64,000 nt of DNA from Methylophilaceae bacterium (GTDB lineage: Bacteria > Pseudomonadota > Gammaproteobacteria > Burkholderiales > Methylophilaceae), in contig JABFRO010000003.1 in assembly GCA_013141125.1 (NCBI GenBank), positions 46,458 through 110,457 on the forward strand, written 5' to 3'. The notes beneath the pieces were generated by a model. It saw only the letters and a list, made by a program, of their open reading frames with translations. It ran no database searches and had not been told where the DNA came from. Below, in pieces: positions 19,910 through 31,335 of this stretch; the stretch's first letter is position 1; every line of letters begins with the position of its first letter. The translations under genes and the position numbers were made by a program.

Positions 19910-20643
19910 ATGGCGCAGCAACCCGCCGCATCCAGGCGCAAACAACTGCCCTGCGCATACCAGTCAGCCAACACCCAACGCTGACAAATATGTCCGTCTA
20001 GCGCCAGAGAATGAAGCGCTGGCCTATGCGTATGGCCATGAATAAATAGTTCAGGATAGTGATGCGTGCGTAACAGCGCTTCCACCGCTGCTGCATTCAC
20101 ATCCATGATGGTTTCAGCTTTGCCGGATTTCTCCTGCTCGCTGCGCTGACGCAAAGCTTCAATTTGTTGTTTGCGAGTGGACAAAGGCTGGCTCAAGAAA
20201 GCCGCTTGCCACGCGCTGTTACGCACTTGCTGACGAAACACCTGGTAGGAGGCATCATCTGTACACAAACTATCGCCATGGCTCAACAATACGCTTTTAC
20301 CATACAGCGATAGCCGCGTGGGATCGGCTAACAACTGAATTCCGGCAGCCTTGGCAAAGCCGTCGGACAATAAAAAATCGCGGTTGCCGTGCATGAAAAA
20401 AACCTGCGTTCCGGAGGCCACCAGCGCATTTAATGCTGTAATAACAAGCTGATGATGCGCATCAGCCAAGTCATCATCCCCCGCCCAATACTCAAACAAA
20501 TCGCCCAGAATATAAAGCGCGTCTGCTTGAGCCGCCGTAGTCTGCAAAAACGCCACAAACTGCCGCGTAATCAGCGGGCGCGTATGGCACAAATGCAAAT
20601 CGGAAATGAACAGGCTGTGGTCAATGTCCATAGCCTGTTGCAT
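19882..20643 (-). CDS. lpxH: UDP-2,3-diacylglucosamine diphosphatase LpxH
   Basis: FISDLHL...YILGDLFEYWAGDD...HGNRDF...HGHTH metallophosphatase motifs. Confidence 0.9.
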   Translation of the reverse strand: MQQAMDIDHSLFISDLHLCHTRPLITRQFVAFLQTTAAQADALYILGDLFEYWAGDDDLADAHHQLVITALNALVASGTQVFFMHGNRDFLLSDGFAKAAGIQLLADPTRLSLYGKSVLLSHGDSLCTDDASYQVFRQQVRNSAWQAAFLSQPLSTRKQQIEALRQRSEQEKSGKAETIMDVNAAAVEALLRTHHYPELFIHGHTHRPALHSLALDGHICQRWVLADWYAQGSCLRLDAAGCCAIQLALNAVN

Positions 20644-20710
20644 TTCCGATGGCAGTTTTTTATCTGAAGTATTCAGATCAAAATCACTGGCATAAATTAG
20701 TCGCGTTAAA

Positions 20711-21202
20711 CTAGATCAGCTCGGCGCTTTCAATCACCACATCTTCCACAGGCACATCCTGATGGCCTTTTTTGCTGCCGGTTTTCACTTTGGCAATTTT
20801 ATCTACCACTTCCTGTCCGGCAGTTACTTTACCAAACACAGCGTAACCCCAACCCTGTGAAGTAGGCGCGGTAAAGTTCAGAAAATTATTATCGGCAAGA
20901 TTGATAAAAAACTGGCTGCTGGCAGAATCCGGGTTCGGCGTACGCGCCATGGCAATGGTGTATTTGTCATTTTTCAAGCCATTGTTAGCTTCGTTTTTAA
21001 TCTCGGCGTTAGTTGGCTTTTGATTCATGCTCGGCTCAAAACCACCGCCCTGAATCATGAAACCATCAATGACGCGATGGAAAATAACATTGCTGAAAAA
21101 TCCACTTTCTACGTATTGCAAAAAGTTTGCTACGGTAATCGGTGCCTTCTCGGCATCCAGTTCCAAAGTAATATCGCCAAAATTGGTGTGTAGTTTAATC
21201 AT
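20711..21202 (-). CDS. ppiB: cyclophilin-type peptidyl-prolyl isomerase B
   Basis: [15 protein letters not shown]...SQFFIN. Confidence 0.95.
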   Translation of the reverse strand: MIKLHTNFGDITLELDAEKAPITVANFLQYVESGFFSNVIFHRVIDGFMIQGGGFEPSMNQKPTNAEIKNEANNGLKNDKYTIAMARTPNPDSASSQFFINLADNNFLNFTAPTSQGWGYAVFGKVTAGQEVVDKIAKVKTGSKKGHQDVPVEDVVIESAELI

Positions 21203-21282
21203 GGTTAGTCCTTAAATAAGTTGATAAAAAAGTGTGTTACTCAAAACAATAGGCTACTGCGCAAGAACTCTATGCAACTGCA

Positions 21283-22503
21283 TTAGGCAGCATCTTCGTA
21301 TAGTATTTTCCATTGCTGGTTTTCAAGCACCCAATATTGGCGCTTCTGCATACGGTTTTCTAATTGGTTGTTTTTAAAATCCTGCTCAAAACTCACCACC
21401 ACCATGGGTTTTGCTGCATCTGGGTACCTAAACATGCTGAAATTGGATAGCTTGATGGATGCCCCGGATGCGCTTGTTTGAACGCGCCGTTTGTATTCAA
21501 TCCAGGATGAAAAATCATAACTGCTATTGAAGAAGTTGCTTGAATAATGTGCAAGATACTGCTCAGTATTCTGTGTCTCCCAATCATGCCGCCAATTTTC
21601 TATCGCTGCACTTAGTGCTGCTTTTTGCGGAATGGATTGATCCTCTGTTAGCCATTGAATCTGTTCGGCAATAATCACTGGCGTATTGCCGTTTTGTAGA
21701 AATGGCATCAACGCCTTCAGATCGGGTGCCGCAACGACTACGCAACCATTGCTGGCACGTGGAGGGCGGCTATAGGAATCACTGGGTGTGCCATGGATCC
21801 AGATGCCATGCCCACCGTTTCCTTGGCGGTTGTCCCATTCGTTTGGATAATTAAGCGGGAAAGCCGCCGCTCCGTAAAAATCCGGTAGCTTTGCTTTAAG
21901 CTGGGCACTGGAGAAATAAACACCCACCGGCGTACGTTTATCCCCTTCGGCTTTTTTCTGAACCCCGTTTTTACCCAATGTCACGTAATAGTCAGCAACA
22001 TAGCGCGGTTTCCCGTTTTCATTATGATAGATATATAAACGCGATTTTTCCGCATCGATCACAACGGCATATGCTTGTGCCGAGTTCATTTCCCACAAAA
22101 ACTCTGGCTTGCCTTTAGGCTGTTCTCTGCCTAGATAATTTTGCAAACGTACCAGCGCTTCCTGCCGAAAATCCTCAACATTGGCTGCCGGGTTGGCTGT
22201 GCTATTTCCAAACGTCTGTAATTGTTGCGCGCGCGCCATAAATAAATCACCGCGCACCAAATGTGCCAACTTGAAATTTGGTGCCACACGCAGCAGCTCA
22301 TCTGTCGTCGCCAACGCTTGCTGTAGCTGGCCTTGAGAAGTCTCAAGCAAGCCCTTAATCAGCAAGCTTTCAATATCATGTTGATTTATTTGTAAATGGC
22401 GCGATGTCGAATTAACAGTAGGATTGACCGTTGCCGCCACATTCCAGGATAAGAATGGGCTAACCACCAGCCCGCAACCTATGCAAATGATGATAAAGCG
22501 CAC
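21283..22503 (-). CDS. L,D-transpeptidase family protein
   Basis: HGIWIHGTPSDSYSRPPRASNGCVVV catalytic motif and a signal peptide. Confidence 0.8.
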   Translation of the reverse strand: MRFIIICIGCGLVVSPFLSWNVAATVNPTVNSTSRHLQINQHDIESLLIKGLLETSQGQLQQALATTDELLRVAPNFKLAHLVRGDLFMARAQQLQTFGNSTANPAANVEDFRQEALVRLQNYLGREQPKGKPEFLWEMNSAQAYAVVIDAEKSRLYIYHNENGKPRYVADYYVTLGKNGVQKKAEGDKRTPVGVYFSSAQLKAKLPDFYGAAAFPLNYPNEWDNRQGNGGHGIWIHGTPSDSYSRPPRASNGCVVVAAPDLKALMPFLQNGNTPVIIAEQIQWLTEDQSIPQKAALSAAIENWRHDWETQNTEQYLAHYSSNFFNSSYDFSSWIEYKRRVQTSASGASIKLSNFSMFRYPDAAKPMVVVSFEQDFKNNQLENRMQKRQYWVLENQQWKILYEDAA

Positions 22504-22525
22504 AAAAAAACTAATTTTCAGAGTA

Positions 22526-23578
22526 TTAATGATTGGTCAGCTCCTGCTCAATTAACCATTTGCCGCCAATATTTTTCATAACCAAGGTCTTGGGTGTGAA
22601 TTTATTCACACCGTCAGCACGATAGCTTTGATTAAATGTTACTTTTACCAACTTGTCATCTTCTTGAGAGATGCGTACATGATCTGTTTGAACACTAATT
22701 TTAGCTGGCCGGTTAATGCGCTCGCGTCTGCTTTTCTCCCATTCTTTACGGCTAACACCTGCCGGTGTTTTAAAGCTATTGGCGTAACTGGCAAGATAGG
22801 CGTTCATATTCTTCTCCGCCCAGGCATTTGCCCAGCGACCAAGCGCCAGTTCGATTTCCTTATCGTTGTTTGATGCTTTGGAGGGCTCTGTAACAGCAGT
22901 AGCTACTGCTGGCTTGGTAACTGGTGCGGCCTTTAATGCGGTTGAATCTTTCGGCTTGGCGGGAATGGCTGCGGCTATAGGTGGCACAGTCGCTTTAGCG
23001 GTGCTGGCAGCATTAATCCCCGGTATCTTGGGGGTAACATTGGATGCTACGCTGGTGGGTCGGCTTGCTGTAGGTACCAACTCTTTAATTAAAGATAGCT
23101 TGCCTTGTAAACTTGTGTTGTTGTTATCTAACTTTAGCGCTTTATCATAAGCCTCTGAAGCCATTTTCGCGTAAACATCGCCCAGATTTTCATGCGCGGT
23201 GGCATAACTCGGATGCGTTTTAATCGCGGCTTCCAGCGCTTTTTGCGCCTTGTCGTATTGCCCCTTGTCTGCATAGAGCACGGCCAGATTGTTATAAGGC
23301 TCCGGCAAATTGGGATTTTTTTCGGTCACCTCTTTAAATATCTTGATGGCTTCATCCACTTTTTTAAGGTCAGCCAGAATGACTCCCTTCAAGAATAAAG
23401 CCTGGACATCTTTAGGATAGGCAAGCAAGTGTAAGTTGATACGATCCAAAGCAGCCACCGATTGGCCTTGAGTGGATAGTTGCGCAATTTCTTTTATATC
23501 ATCAGCAAGCGCATTGCTCGCCGGAAAAAAAGCCATCATCAAAAGTATCAATGACGCAAAAGTGCGTGACTTGTACAT
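22526..23578 (-). CDS. TPR-repeat protein with signal peptide
   Basis: TPR-like repeats (AL.LKG..L.......A...F......P....YNNLAVLY). Confidence 0.7.
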   Translation of the reverse strand: MYKSRTFASLILLMMAFFPASNALADDIKEIAQLSTQGQSVAALDRINLHLLAYPKDVQALFLKGVILADLKKVDEAIKIFKEVTEKNPNLPEPYNNLAVLYADKGQYDKAQKALEAAIKTHPSYATAHENLGDVYAKMASEAYDKALKLDNNNTSLQGKLSLIKELVPTASRPTSVASNVTPKIPGINAASTAKATVPPIAAAIPAKPKDSTALKAAPVTKPAVATAVTEPSKASNNDKEIELALGRWANAWAEKNMNAYLASYANSFKTPAGVSRKEWEKSRRERINRPAKISVQTDHVRISQEDDKLVKVTFNQSYRADGVNKFTPKTLVMKNIGGKWLIEQELTNH

Positions 23579-23759
23579 TATGTTATACTTTTTCGTTAAC
23601 GTTTTAGTACGCCAATTCTATCAACATTCTGGCTTAATCTCCAACAGTTGTATGCCTTTTGCGAATACTTTAGATAAAGAGCATATTCTTCTTCAAAAGT
23701 CTGGTAGACAAAGCTGACCTGATGCAACTAGTGACTTATTAAATCTACAAAAAATAATC

Positions 23760-25175
23760 ATGCTCAAAATTTATAACTCCCTCGCCAGAGAAAAGCAGGA
23801 CTTTATCCCCATAATAGCCGGCAAAGTGAACATGTATGTGTGCGGCATGACTGTGTACGATTATTGTCATTTGGGTCATGCCCGCGTCATGGTCGTCTTC
23901 GACATGGTGAGCCGCTGGTTGCGTGCTTCCGGTTATGAAGTTACCTATGTGCGTAATATCACCGATATCGATGACAAGATTATCAAGCGTGCGCTGGAGA
24001 ATCAGGAAACGATAGGCACGCTCACCCAGCGTTTTATTGACGCGATGAACGAGGATGCGGCCAAACTGGGCGTTATCCGCCCTAATCTGGAGCCACGCGC
24101 GACGGAATTCGTTGAAGGCATGGTGCACATGATAAGCACACTTGTCAGCAAGGGCTTTGCTTATGCCGCCGACAATGGCGATGTTTATTATTCGGTAAAA
24201 AGCTTTGACGGCTACGGCAAGCTTTCCGGCAAATCGCTGGAAGATTTACGCGCCGGGGAGCGCGTGGATATAGACTTGCACAAACGTGACCCGCTGGATT
24301 TTGTGTTGTGGAAAGCCGCCAAACCGGACGAACCCAGTTGGGATTCACCTTGGGGCAAAGGCCGTCCGGGCTGGCATATTGAATGCTCGGTCATGGGTGA
24401 GCATCATTTGGGCAATCACTTTGATATTCACGGCGGCGGTCAGGATTTGCAGTTTCCGCACCATGAAAATGAAATCGCCCAATCCGAAGCCGCGCACGGC
24501 TGCACCTATGTCAACTACTGGATGCACAACGGTTTTATTCGCGTGATTAACGAAAAAGACGGGCAAGATGAGAAAATGTCCAAATCGCTGGGCAATTTTT
24601 TCACCATACGCGATGTACTGAGAAAATATGAGGCTGAAGTGGTGCGTTTTTTCATCCTGCGCGCGCAATATCGTAGCCCGCTGAATTATTCCGAGCACCA
24701 TCTGGATGATGCAAAACAGGCACTCACGCGGCTATATACCACGCTGAAGAATGTACCTCCAGCGGCGGTTGCCATTGATTGGAGCGCGCCTTACGCCGCC
24801 AGATTCAAAGCGGCCATGGAGGATGACTTCAATACGCCGGAAGCACTGGCGGTGCTGTTTGATTTGGCCAATGAAGCCAATAAAACCAAATCGCCTGAAC
24901 TGGCGGGGCAGCTTAAAGCGCTGGCCGCTATCGTGGGGCTGTTGGAACATGATGCCACTGGTTTTCTGCAAGGCCGCCTCGCGGATGAAATGTCCGATGC
25001 AAATGCTGATACCCATGCGCTGTCACCCGCAGACATTGAAACCCTTATTCAAGCACGGCTTACCGCCAAGCAAACCAAAAACTATGCCGAAGCCGACCGC
25101 ATTCGCAAGGAGTTGCTGGAAAACGGCATCATTCTGGAAGATACCCCACAAGGCACCACCTGGCGCAGCGCTTAA
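23760..25175 (+). CDS. cysS: cysteine--tRNA ligase
   Basis: [21 protein letters not shown]. Confidence 0.97.
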   Translation: MLKIYNSLAREKQDFIPIIAGKVNMYVCGMTVYDYCHLGHARVMVVFDMVSRWLRASGYEVTYVRNITDIDDKIIKRALENQETIGTLTQRFIDAMNEDAAKLGVIRPNLEPRATEFVEGMVHMISTLVSKGFAYAADNGDVYYSVKSFDGYGKLSGKSLEDLRAGERVDIDLHKRDPLDFVLWKAAKPDEPSWDSPWGKGRPGWHIECSVMGEHHLGNHFDIHGGGQDLQFPHHENEIAQSEAAHGCTYVNYWMHNGFIRVINEKDGQDEKMSKSLGNFFTIRDVLRKYEAEVVRFFILRAQYRSPLNYSEHHLDDAKQALTRLYTTLKNVPPAAVAIDWSAPYAARFKAAMEDDFNTPEALAVLFDLANEANKTKSPELAGQLKALAAIVGLLEHDATGFLQGRLADEMSDANADTHALSPADIETLIQARLTAKQTKNYAEADRIRKELLENGIILEDTPQGTTWRSA

Positions 25176-25190
25176 GAAAAGGATGGCAAC

Positions 25191-26219
25191 GTGCTGTATT
25201 CACTGATTAAACCGCTGCTGTTTGCGCTGGATGCCGAGTCCGCGCATAACCTGACGCTCAAAGCACTTAAAATTTCGGAAGCATGTGGCGTATTGGCGTT
25301 GCTACCCAAGCCACCCGTGTGCCAACCGCGCCAGGTGATGGGCATCCACTTTCCCAATGCCGTGGGTTTGGCGGCGGGTCTGGATAAAAACGCGGCTTAT
25401 ATAGATGGCTTGGCCGCGCTCGGTTTCGGTCATATTGAAGTCGGCACCGTCACGCCGCGTCCGCAGCCGGGCAATCCGCAACCGCGACTATTTCGCGTAG
25501 TCAACGCGCAAGGCATTATCAACCGCTTTGGTTTTAATAATCTTGGCGTTGATGCACTGGTAGAAAACGTCAAACGCGCCAGATTTTGCGATGCCGGTCA
25601 CCGGGGGGTTTTAGGCATCAATATTGGCAAGAACTTTGATACGCCGAATGAGAATGCGGTGGACGACTACTTGATCTGCCTGCGCAAAGTCTATGCCCAT
25701 GCCAGCTATGTGACGGTGAATATCTCCTCGCCCAATACCAAAAACCTGCGCCAGCTTCAAGAAAAAGAAGCCTTATCCAAGCTGCTATCCACACTAAAAA
25801 GCGAGCAGGAAAAGCTGGTGGAGGCGCATGGACGTTATGTGCCTATCGCGCTCAAAATCGCCCCCGACCTTGAAGTTGAACAAGTCAATGAAATTGCGGA
25901 TTTGTTGATGCTGCATCAAATGGACGGTGTGATTGCGACCAATACCACACTCGCGCGCGAGGCTGTCATGGGCTTGCTTCATGCTGAAGAGTCGGGTGGT
26001 TTATCTGGTGCCCCGGTACGCGATAAATCCACGCAGATAATTCAACTGTTATCGCAACGTTTGCAGGGAAGCTTGCCGATTATAGGGGTGGGCGGAATTC
26101 TGAATGGGGTGGATGCCAAGGCCAAGATTGCCGCTGGTGCTAGCTTGGTACAGGTGTACAGTGGCTTGATTTATCGCGGCCCAGCGTTAGTGTCCGAGGT
26201 TTGCCAGGCCTTGGGCTAG
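25191..26219 (+). CDS. pyrD: dihydroorotate dehydrogenase (quinone)
   Basis: GTG start; [11 protein letters not shown]-terminus; GLDKN, NISSPNT, GVGGI motifs. Confidence 0.95.
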   Translation: MLYSLIKPLLFALDAESAHNLTLKALKISEACGVLALLPKPPVCQPRQVMGIHFPNAVGLAAGLDKNAAYIDGLAALGFGHIEVGTVTPRPQPGNPQPRLFRVVNAQGIINRFGFNNLGVDALVENVKRARFCDAGHRGVLGINIGKNFDTPNENAVDDYLICLRKVYAHASYVTVNISSPNTKNLRQLQEKEALSKLLSTLKSEQEKLVEAHGRYVPIALKIAPDLEVEQVNEIADLLMLHQMDGVIATNTTLAREAVMGLLHAEESGGLSGAPVRDKSTQIIQLLSQRLQGSLPIIGVGGILNGVDAKAKIAAGASLVQVYSGLIYRGPALVSEVCQALG

Positions 26220-26239
26220 GCTTCTATTACCGAAGCCGA

Positions 26240-26866
26240 ATGACCGATTCAACACATCTTCCGATTTTATATTCCTACCGCCGCTGTCCTTATGCCATGC
26301 GTGCCAGAATGGCTTTGCATTACAGTGGCATTGCTGTTGAAGTTCGCGAAATCATGCTTAAGAATAAGCCAGCGCATATGTTACAAATCTCACCTAAAGC
26401 TACCGTCCCCGTGTTGCTGCTAACTACCGGTGAAGTCATAGATGAAAGCCTGAACATTATGCATTGGGCGCTGGCGCAGCATGACCCTGAAAACTGGCTG
26501 ATGGCGGGCGATTTATTGGAGGCAAATGCGACTGAACAATTAATTGCCGAGAATGACAAACGCTTCAAGCAGGTGCTGGATCGCTACAAATATGCGGTTC
26601 GCTTCCCGCAATATCCGCCGGAATTTTACCGTGGCGAAGGTGAGCGCTTTTTAAGCGAACTTGAAACCCGCTTAAAAAATCACGCGCATTTATGTAGAGA
26701 AACCCGCTCACTTGCGGACATGGCCATTTTTCCGTTTATCCGCCAGTTTGCTGCTGTAGACCAGGTATGGTTTGAACAAGCGGCATATCCACGCTTACGA
26801 CTATGGCTGGAGGGATTACTTCAATCGCGAATTTTTCTGGATGTGATGGGGAAATGCAAAGTATAA
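26240..26866 (+). CDS. glutathione S-transferase family protein
   Basis: LYSYRRCPYAMRARMAL thioredoxin-like N-terminus. The internal ATG is preferred over the ORF-track start at 26201. Confidence 0.7.
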   Translation: MTDSTHLPILYSYRRCPYAMRARMALHYSGIAVEVREIMLKNKPAHMLQISPKATVPVLLLTTGEVIDESLNIMHWALAQHDPENWLMAGDLLEANATEQLIAENDKRFKQVLDRYKYAVRFPQYPPEFYRGEGERFLSELETRLKNHAHLCRETRSLADMAIFPFIRQFAAVDQVWFEQAAYPRLRLWLEGLLQSRIFLDVMGKCKV

Positions 26867-26893
26867 AACACGCACAAGCTGTATAGCAAATAG

Positions 26894-26930
26894 AAAGCGC
26901 GCATCACACTAACTGCAAGATGCGCGCTTT
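26894..26930. terminator. bidirectional terminator
   Basis: AAAGCGCGCATC...GATGCGCGCTTT between convergent genes. Confidence 0.7.
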
Positions 26931-26952
26931 ATTTAGTCAGCAAACCAAGCAA

Positions 26953-29241
26953 TCAACCCACTACATCAGCCACAGCCGCCTTGCCTTTGTCATCAGTACG
27001 GCTTTCTTCAAACGTCAGCTTGACTTCATCCTTGTCATCAACATCCACAATTACATGCCCGCCATTGGCCAGGCGGCCAAACAGCAACTCATCAGCTAAT
27101 GCACGGCGTATGGTGTCCTGAATCAAACGCGCCATGGGGCGTGCGCCCATGAGTGGATCAAATCCTTTTTTGGCCAGATAAGTTTTTAACGCATCGGTGA
27201 ATGTCGCATCTACTTTCTTCTCATGCAATTGATCTTCCAATTGCATGAGAAATTTATCCACCACGCGAATAATGACTTCTTGTGCTAACGCGCTGAAGGA
27301 TACGATGGCATCCAGACGGTTTCTGAATTCCGGCGTAAACAGACGTTTAATGTCGGCCATTTCATCGCCCACACTGTTGCTTGGATTAAAGCCTATGCTA
27401 GTCTTGGAAAGCGCTTCAGCTCCGGCATTGGTAGTCATGATAATCGTTACATTGCGGAAATCTGCCTTGCGCCCGTTGTTATCCGTCAATGTGCCATGAT
27501 CCATCACTTGCAGCAGAATATTGAAAATATCGGGGTGCGCTTTTTCAATTTCATCCAGTAGCAGCACACAATACGGTTGTTTGGTAATGGCTTCAGTCAG
27601 CAAGCCACCTTGCTCAAAACCGACATAACCCGGCGGCGCGCCGATCAGGCGTGAGACTGCATGCCGCTCCATGTACTCCGACATATCAAAGCGCACCAAC
27701 TCTATGCCCAGTGTGTAGGCCAGTTGTTTGGCCACTTCAGTTTTGCCTACACCAGTGGGGCCAGAGAATAAAAACGCACCAATGGGCTTGCTCGGGCTAC
27801 CCAGACCGCTACGCGCCATTTTAATGGCAGAAGCCAAGGTTTCAATGGCTTTATCCTGGCCAAATACTACAGACTTAAGGTCGCGCTCCAAGGTTTTAAG
27901 CGCGGTTCTATCATCGCTGGAGATATTTTTTGGCGGAATGCGTGCAATTTTGGCAATAATGTCTTCGATCTCTTTATTGCCAATTACTTTCTTCTGTTTG
28001 GATTTAGGCAAAATGCGCTGTGCTGCACCGGCCTCATCAATCACATCAATGGCTTTATCTGGCAAATGCCTGTCATTTATGTATTTGGCGGCCAACTCTG
28101 CTGCAGTTAACAGCGCGGAGGCGCTATATTTCACATTGTGATGTATTTCAAAACGCGATTTCAAGCCTTTCAAAATTTCTACTGTTTGCGAAACACTAGG
28201 CTCGACCACGTCTACTTTTTGGAAGCGACGCGAGAGTGCATGATCCTTTTCAAAAATGCCACGATATTCTTGATAAGTGGTTGCGCCTATGCATTTTAAA
28301 GTGCCGTTGGACAAGGCTGGTTTAAGCAGGTTGGATGCATCCATCGTGCCGCCGCTGGTGGCACCCGCACCAATCAGTGTATGAATTTCATCAATAAATA
28401 AAATGGCATTGGGTTGTTCAGCCAGTTTCTTCATCACCGCTTTGAGTCGTTGTTCAAAATCTCCGCGATATTTGGTGCCTGCCATCAGCGCACCCATATC
28501 TAGCGAATACACGACAGCGTTGGCGAGCACCTCAGGTACCTGGCCGTCTGCAATACGTTGTGCCAAACCTTCGGCAATGGCGGTTTTCCCCACCCCGGCC
28601 TCACCTACCAACAACGGATTATTTTTGCGGCGGCGGCACAAGGTTTGGATCACACGTTCAATTTCCTGATCGCGCCCAATCAGCGGGTCAATTTTTCCAG
28701 CGGCCACCTGCAGGTTAAGATTGAGCGTGAAATTATCCAAGGCACTGGCAGGCGCTGCTCCGGCTTCTCCTTCGGCTTCATTTCCACCGGATTTTGGATT
28801 ACCTTCAACCGCTTTAGCCACGCCGTGAGCAATGTAATTGACTACATCCAAACGCGTAATGCCTTGTTGCTGTAAAAAGTAAACAGCGTGCGAGTCTTTT
28901 TCACCAAAAATAGCCACGAGCACATTGGCACCCGTTACTTCTTTTTTACCGGAAGATTGCACATGCAAAATGGCGCGCTGAATCACACGCTGAAAGCCCA
29001 GGGTAGGCTGCGTATCAACCTCTTCCGCGCCGTCTTTCACTGGCGTATGTTCTTCAATATAGCCGATCAACTCTTTGCGCAGGGTTTCAATATTGCTGCC
29101 ACAAACGCGCAGCACTTCGGCAGCGGTTGGGTTATCCAGCATGGCCAGTAACAAATGCTCAACAGTGATGAGCTCATGTCGTTTCTGCCGCGCGTCCATA
29201 AACGCCATGTGCAGGGAGACTTCCAGTTCTTGTGCAATCAT
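26953..29241 (-). CDS. clpA: ATP-dependent Clp protease ATP-binding subunit ClpA
   Basis: Two AAA+ modules (GEAGVGKT, GPTGVGKT); clpS lies upstream. Confidence 0.97.
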   Translation of the reverse strand: MIAQELEVSLHMAFMDARQKRHELITVEHLLLAMLDNPTAAEVLRVCGSNIETLRKELIGYIEEHTPVKDGAEEVDTQPTLGFQRVIQRAILHVQSSGKKEVTGANVLVAIFGEKDSHAVYFLQQQGITRLDVVNYIAHGVAKAVEGNPKSGGNEAEGEAGAAPASALDNFTLNLNLQVAAGKIDPLIGRDQEIERVIQTLCRRRKNNPLLVGEAGVGKTAIAEGLAQRIADGQVPEVLANAVVYSLDMGALMAGTKYRGDFEQRLKAVMKKLAEQPNAILFIDEIHTLIGAGATSGGTMDASNLLKPALSNGTLKCIGATTYQEYRGIFEKDHALSRRFQKVDVVEPSVSQTVEILKGLKSRFEIHHNVKYSASALLTAAELAAKYINDRHLPDKAIDVIDEAGAAQRILPKSKQKKVIGNKEIEDIIAKIARIPPKNISSDDRTALKTLERDLKSVVFGQDKAIETLASAIKMARSGLGSPSKPIGAFLFSGPTGVGKTEVAKQLAYTLGIELVRFDMSEYMERHAVSRLIGAPPGYVGFEQGGLLTEAITKQPYCVLLLDEIEKAHPDIFNILLQVMDHGTLTDNNGRKADFRNVTIIMTTNAGAEALSKTSIGFNPSNSVGDEMADIKRLFTPEFRNRLDAIVSFSALAQEVIIRVVDKFLMQLEDQLHEKKVDATFTDALKTYLAKKGFDPLMGARPMARLIQDTIRRALADELLFGRLANGGHVIVDVDDKDEVKLTFEESRTDDKGKAAVADVVG

Positions 29242-29250
29242 TTTGGCTCC

Positions 29251-29562
29251 TTAAACTTCCTCCATTGCGCATTGCAATGGATGTTGATTTTCACGCGCAT
29301 AATTTAATACCTGATGCACTTTGGTTTCTGCAATATCGCGTGAATAAATCCCGCAGATGCCGCTACCTTCCGTGTGTACTTTAAGCATGACCTGTGTCGC
29401 CTGTTCAAGATTTTTACTAAAAAACCGCTGGAGCACCTCAATTACAAACTCCATTGGCGTAAAGTCATCATTAATCAAAAATACTTTGTACATTGCAGGC
29501 GGTTCAACCTGCAGTTCCTCAATGCTGCTATCTTCTTTCTCTATGTGTTTGGTGCTTGCCAT
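29251..29562 (-). CDS. clpS: Clp protease adaptor ClpS
   Basis: [19 protein letters not shown] motif. Confidence 0.95.
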   Translation of the reverse strand: MASTKHIEKEDSSIEELQVEPPAMYKVFLINDDFTPMEFVIEVLQRFFSKNLEQATQVMLKVHTEGSGICGIYSRDIAETKVHQVLNYARENQHPLQCAMEEV

Positions 29563-29653
29563 AAGTGTTGCCTATATTGAGCTTATTTCTAAAATTTTCA
29601 AGTCTTAATCAGCCCCATATTTCACGCTTACTTTAAAAATTTAATTTCAAACT

Positions 29654-30328
29654 TTAAAGTAAGCCGCGCTCGGCAAAAGATAAAAGGGTATTGCCTGCCA
29701 CAATAAAATGATCCAGCACGCGCACATCCACTAACGCCAAAGCCTGTCTGAGTGCCTGGGTAAGCATTTCATCCGAGTTGCTTTGCTGCGCAACACCTGA
29801 GGGATGATTATGCGCGAAAATTACGGAAGCTGCATTATGATATAGAGCGCGTTTAACTACTTCGCGCGGATACACACTGGTTTGCGTTAAGGTGCCAGCA
29901 AATAATTCCTCCTGCGCCAGCACGCGGTTCTGCGCATCCAAAAACAACACGATGAATACTTCTCGCGGCAAGTTCCCCAGCTTTAAGCGCAGATATTCAC
30001 TCACTTGCTTGGGTGAGCTTAGCACATCCCGCTCACGCATTTCTTCGTTCAAAGCGCGGCGGCTCATTTCAAAAATCGCTTTTAACTGCACGTATTTGCT
30101 ACTGCCTATGCCGTGTACTTGAGATAATTCCACCAGGTCAGCCGCAAAAATCCCATTCAAACTACCAAAGCGTGTGAGTAAATCACGCGCTAAATCTACC
30201 GCACTTTTACCCACCACGCCTACGCGTAAAAAAATAGCCAACAACTCGGCATCAGACAACATCTCTACGCCTTGCTGCAATAGTTTCTCGCGTGGCCTTT
30301 CATTTGCCGGCCAATCTGTAATTGCCAT
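29654..30328 (-). CDS. radC: RadC-family JAB-domain protein
   Basis: HNHPSG JAMM motif. Confidence 0.9.
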   Translation of the reverse strand: MAITDWPANERPREKLLQQGVEMLSDAELLAIFLRVGVVGKSAVDLARDLLTRFGSLNGIFAADLVELSQVHGIGSSKYVQLKAIFEMSRRALNEEMRERDVLSSPKQVSEYLRLKLGNLPREVFIVLFLDAQNRVLAQEELFAGTLTQTSVYPREVVKRALYHNAASVIFAHNHPSGVAQQSNSDEMLTQALRQALALVDVRVLDHFIVAGNTLLSFAERGLL

Positions 30329-30395
30329 TTAAACCTCCAGTTTTATTAGACTAACAGCAGCCTCTGGTTTGGTTAACGGCAGGGTTTGAATTGGC

Positions 30396-31211
30396 TTAAT
30401 CCGGGATTACAATTCTTTTAAATTCTGTTGGCGCAGATGGATAAGCCAGATTCATGCCATTCAATACCTGTAACAACAAGCGCGAAACCAGCAGATTGCG
30501 ATTGGTTTTGGAATCCGCCGGCACTATATACCAAGGCGCATAATCAGTAGAAGTGGCTATGATAGCCTGCTCGTACGCCAGTTGATATTGTGGCCAAAGC
30601 GCACGTTCCTTTAAATCATTCGGATTGAATTTCCAGGTTTTTGTCGGATCATCCAAGCGCTCCTGCAAGCGAGTTTTTTGTTCTTCTTTGGAAATATGCA
30701 AAAAACACTTGATAATAGCTGTGCCCGTTTCTGTCAGTAAACGTTCAAAATCGTTGATTTGTTTGTAGCGAAGCCTACACTCGGCCTCATCTATCCAATC
30801 ATGCACTTTAACGATGAGGACATCCTCATAGTGGCTGCGGTTAAAGATCACCAGCTCGCCAGCTTTCGGCACTTGGGCGTGCGCACGCCATAAATAATCA
30901 TGTGCAAGCTCCTCGCTACTGGGGGTTTTAAAGCCGGCTAAACGTATACCCAGGGGATCACATTCACTAAAAACATGGCGCACGATGCCATCTTTTCCGC
31001 TGGCATCCATGCCCTGCAAAATCAGCAACACTTTGCGCTTGCTTTCCGCATGTAAAATATCTTGCAAGGCATTAATTTCTGTCGCCAACTTTGCAAGTTC
31101 AGCCGCATTTTGCGCCTTGCTACCTGATCGCTCGCTTTTATCCTTGGTATTAAAATCGTCAAGCGTGAACTTGGCATTGGGTTTAATACGGTATTTATCT
31201 AAATCAGCCAT
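30396..31211 (-). CDS. ppk2: polyphosphate kinase 2 family protein
   Basis: LQGMDASGKDG Walker-like motif; PPK2 size class. Confidence 0.9.
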   Translation of the reverse strand: MADLDKYRIKPNAKFTLDDFNTKDKSERSGSKAQNAAELAKLATEINALQDILHAESKRKVLLILQGMDASGKDGIVRHVFSECDPLGIRLAGFKTPSSEELAHDYLWRAHAQVPKAGELVIFNRSHYEDVLIVKVHDWIDEAECRLRYKQINDFERLLTETGTAIIKCFLHISKEEQKTRLQERLDDPTKTWKFNPNDLKERALWPQYQLAYEQAIIATSTDYAPWYIVPADSKTNRNLLVSRLLLQVLNGMNLAYPSAPTEFKRIVIPD

Positions 31212-31335
31212 GAATGTCTTTTATAAATTGAAAGTGTATGCGCTATTGATTTGAAGCAAAACCTGAAACAATCAAATGATAATTGGCGTTAAGATTTTCC
31301 CAAAACTATTCATAGAGGCTCCCATATATCCATCA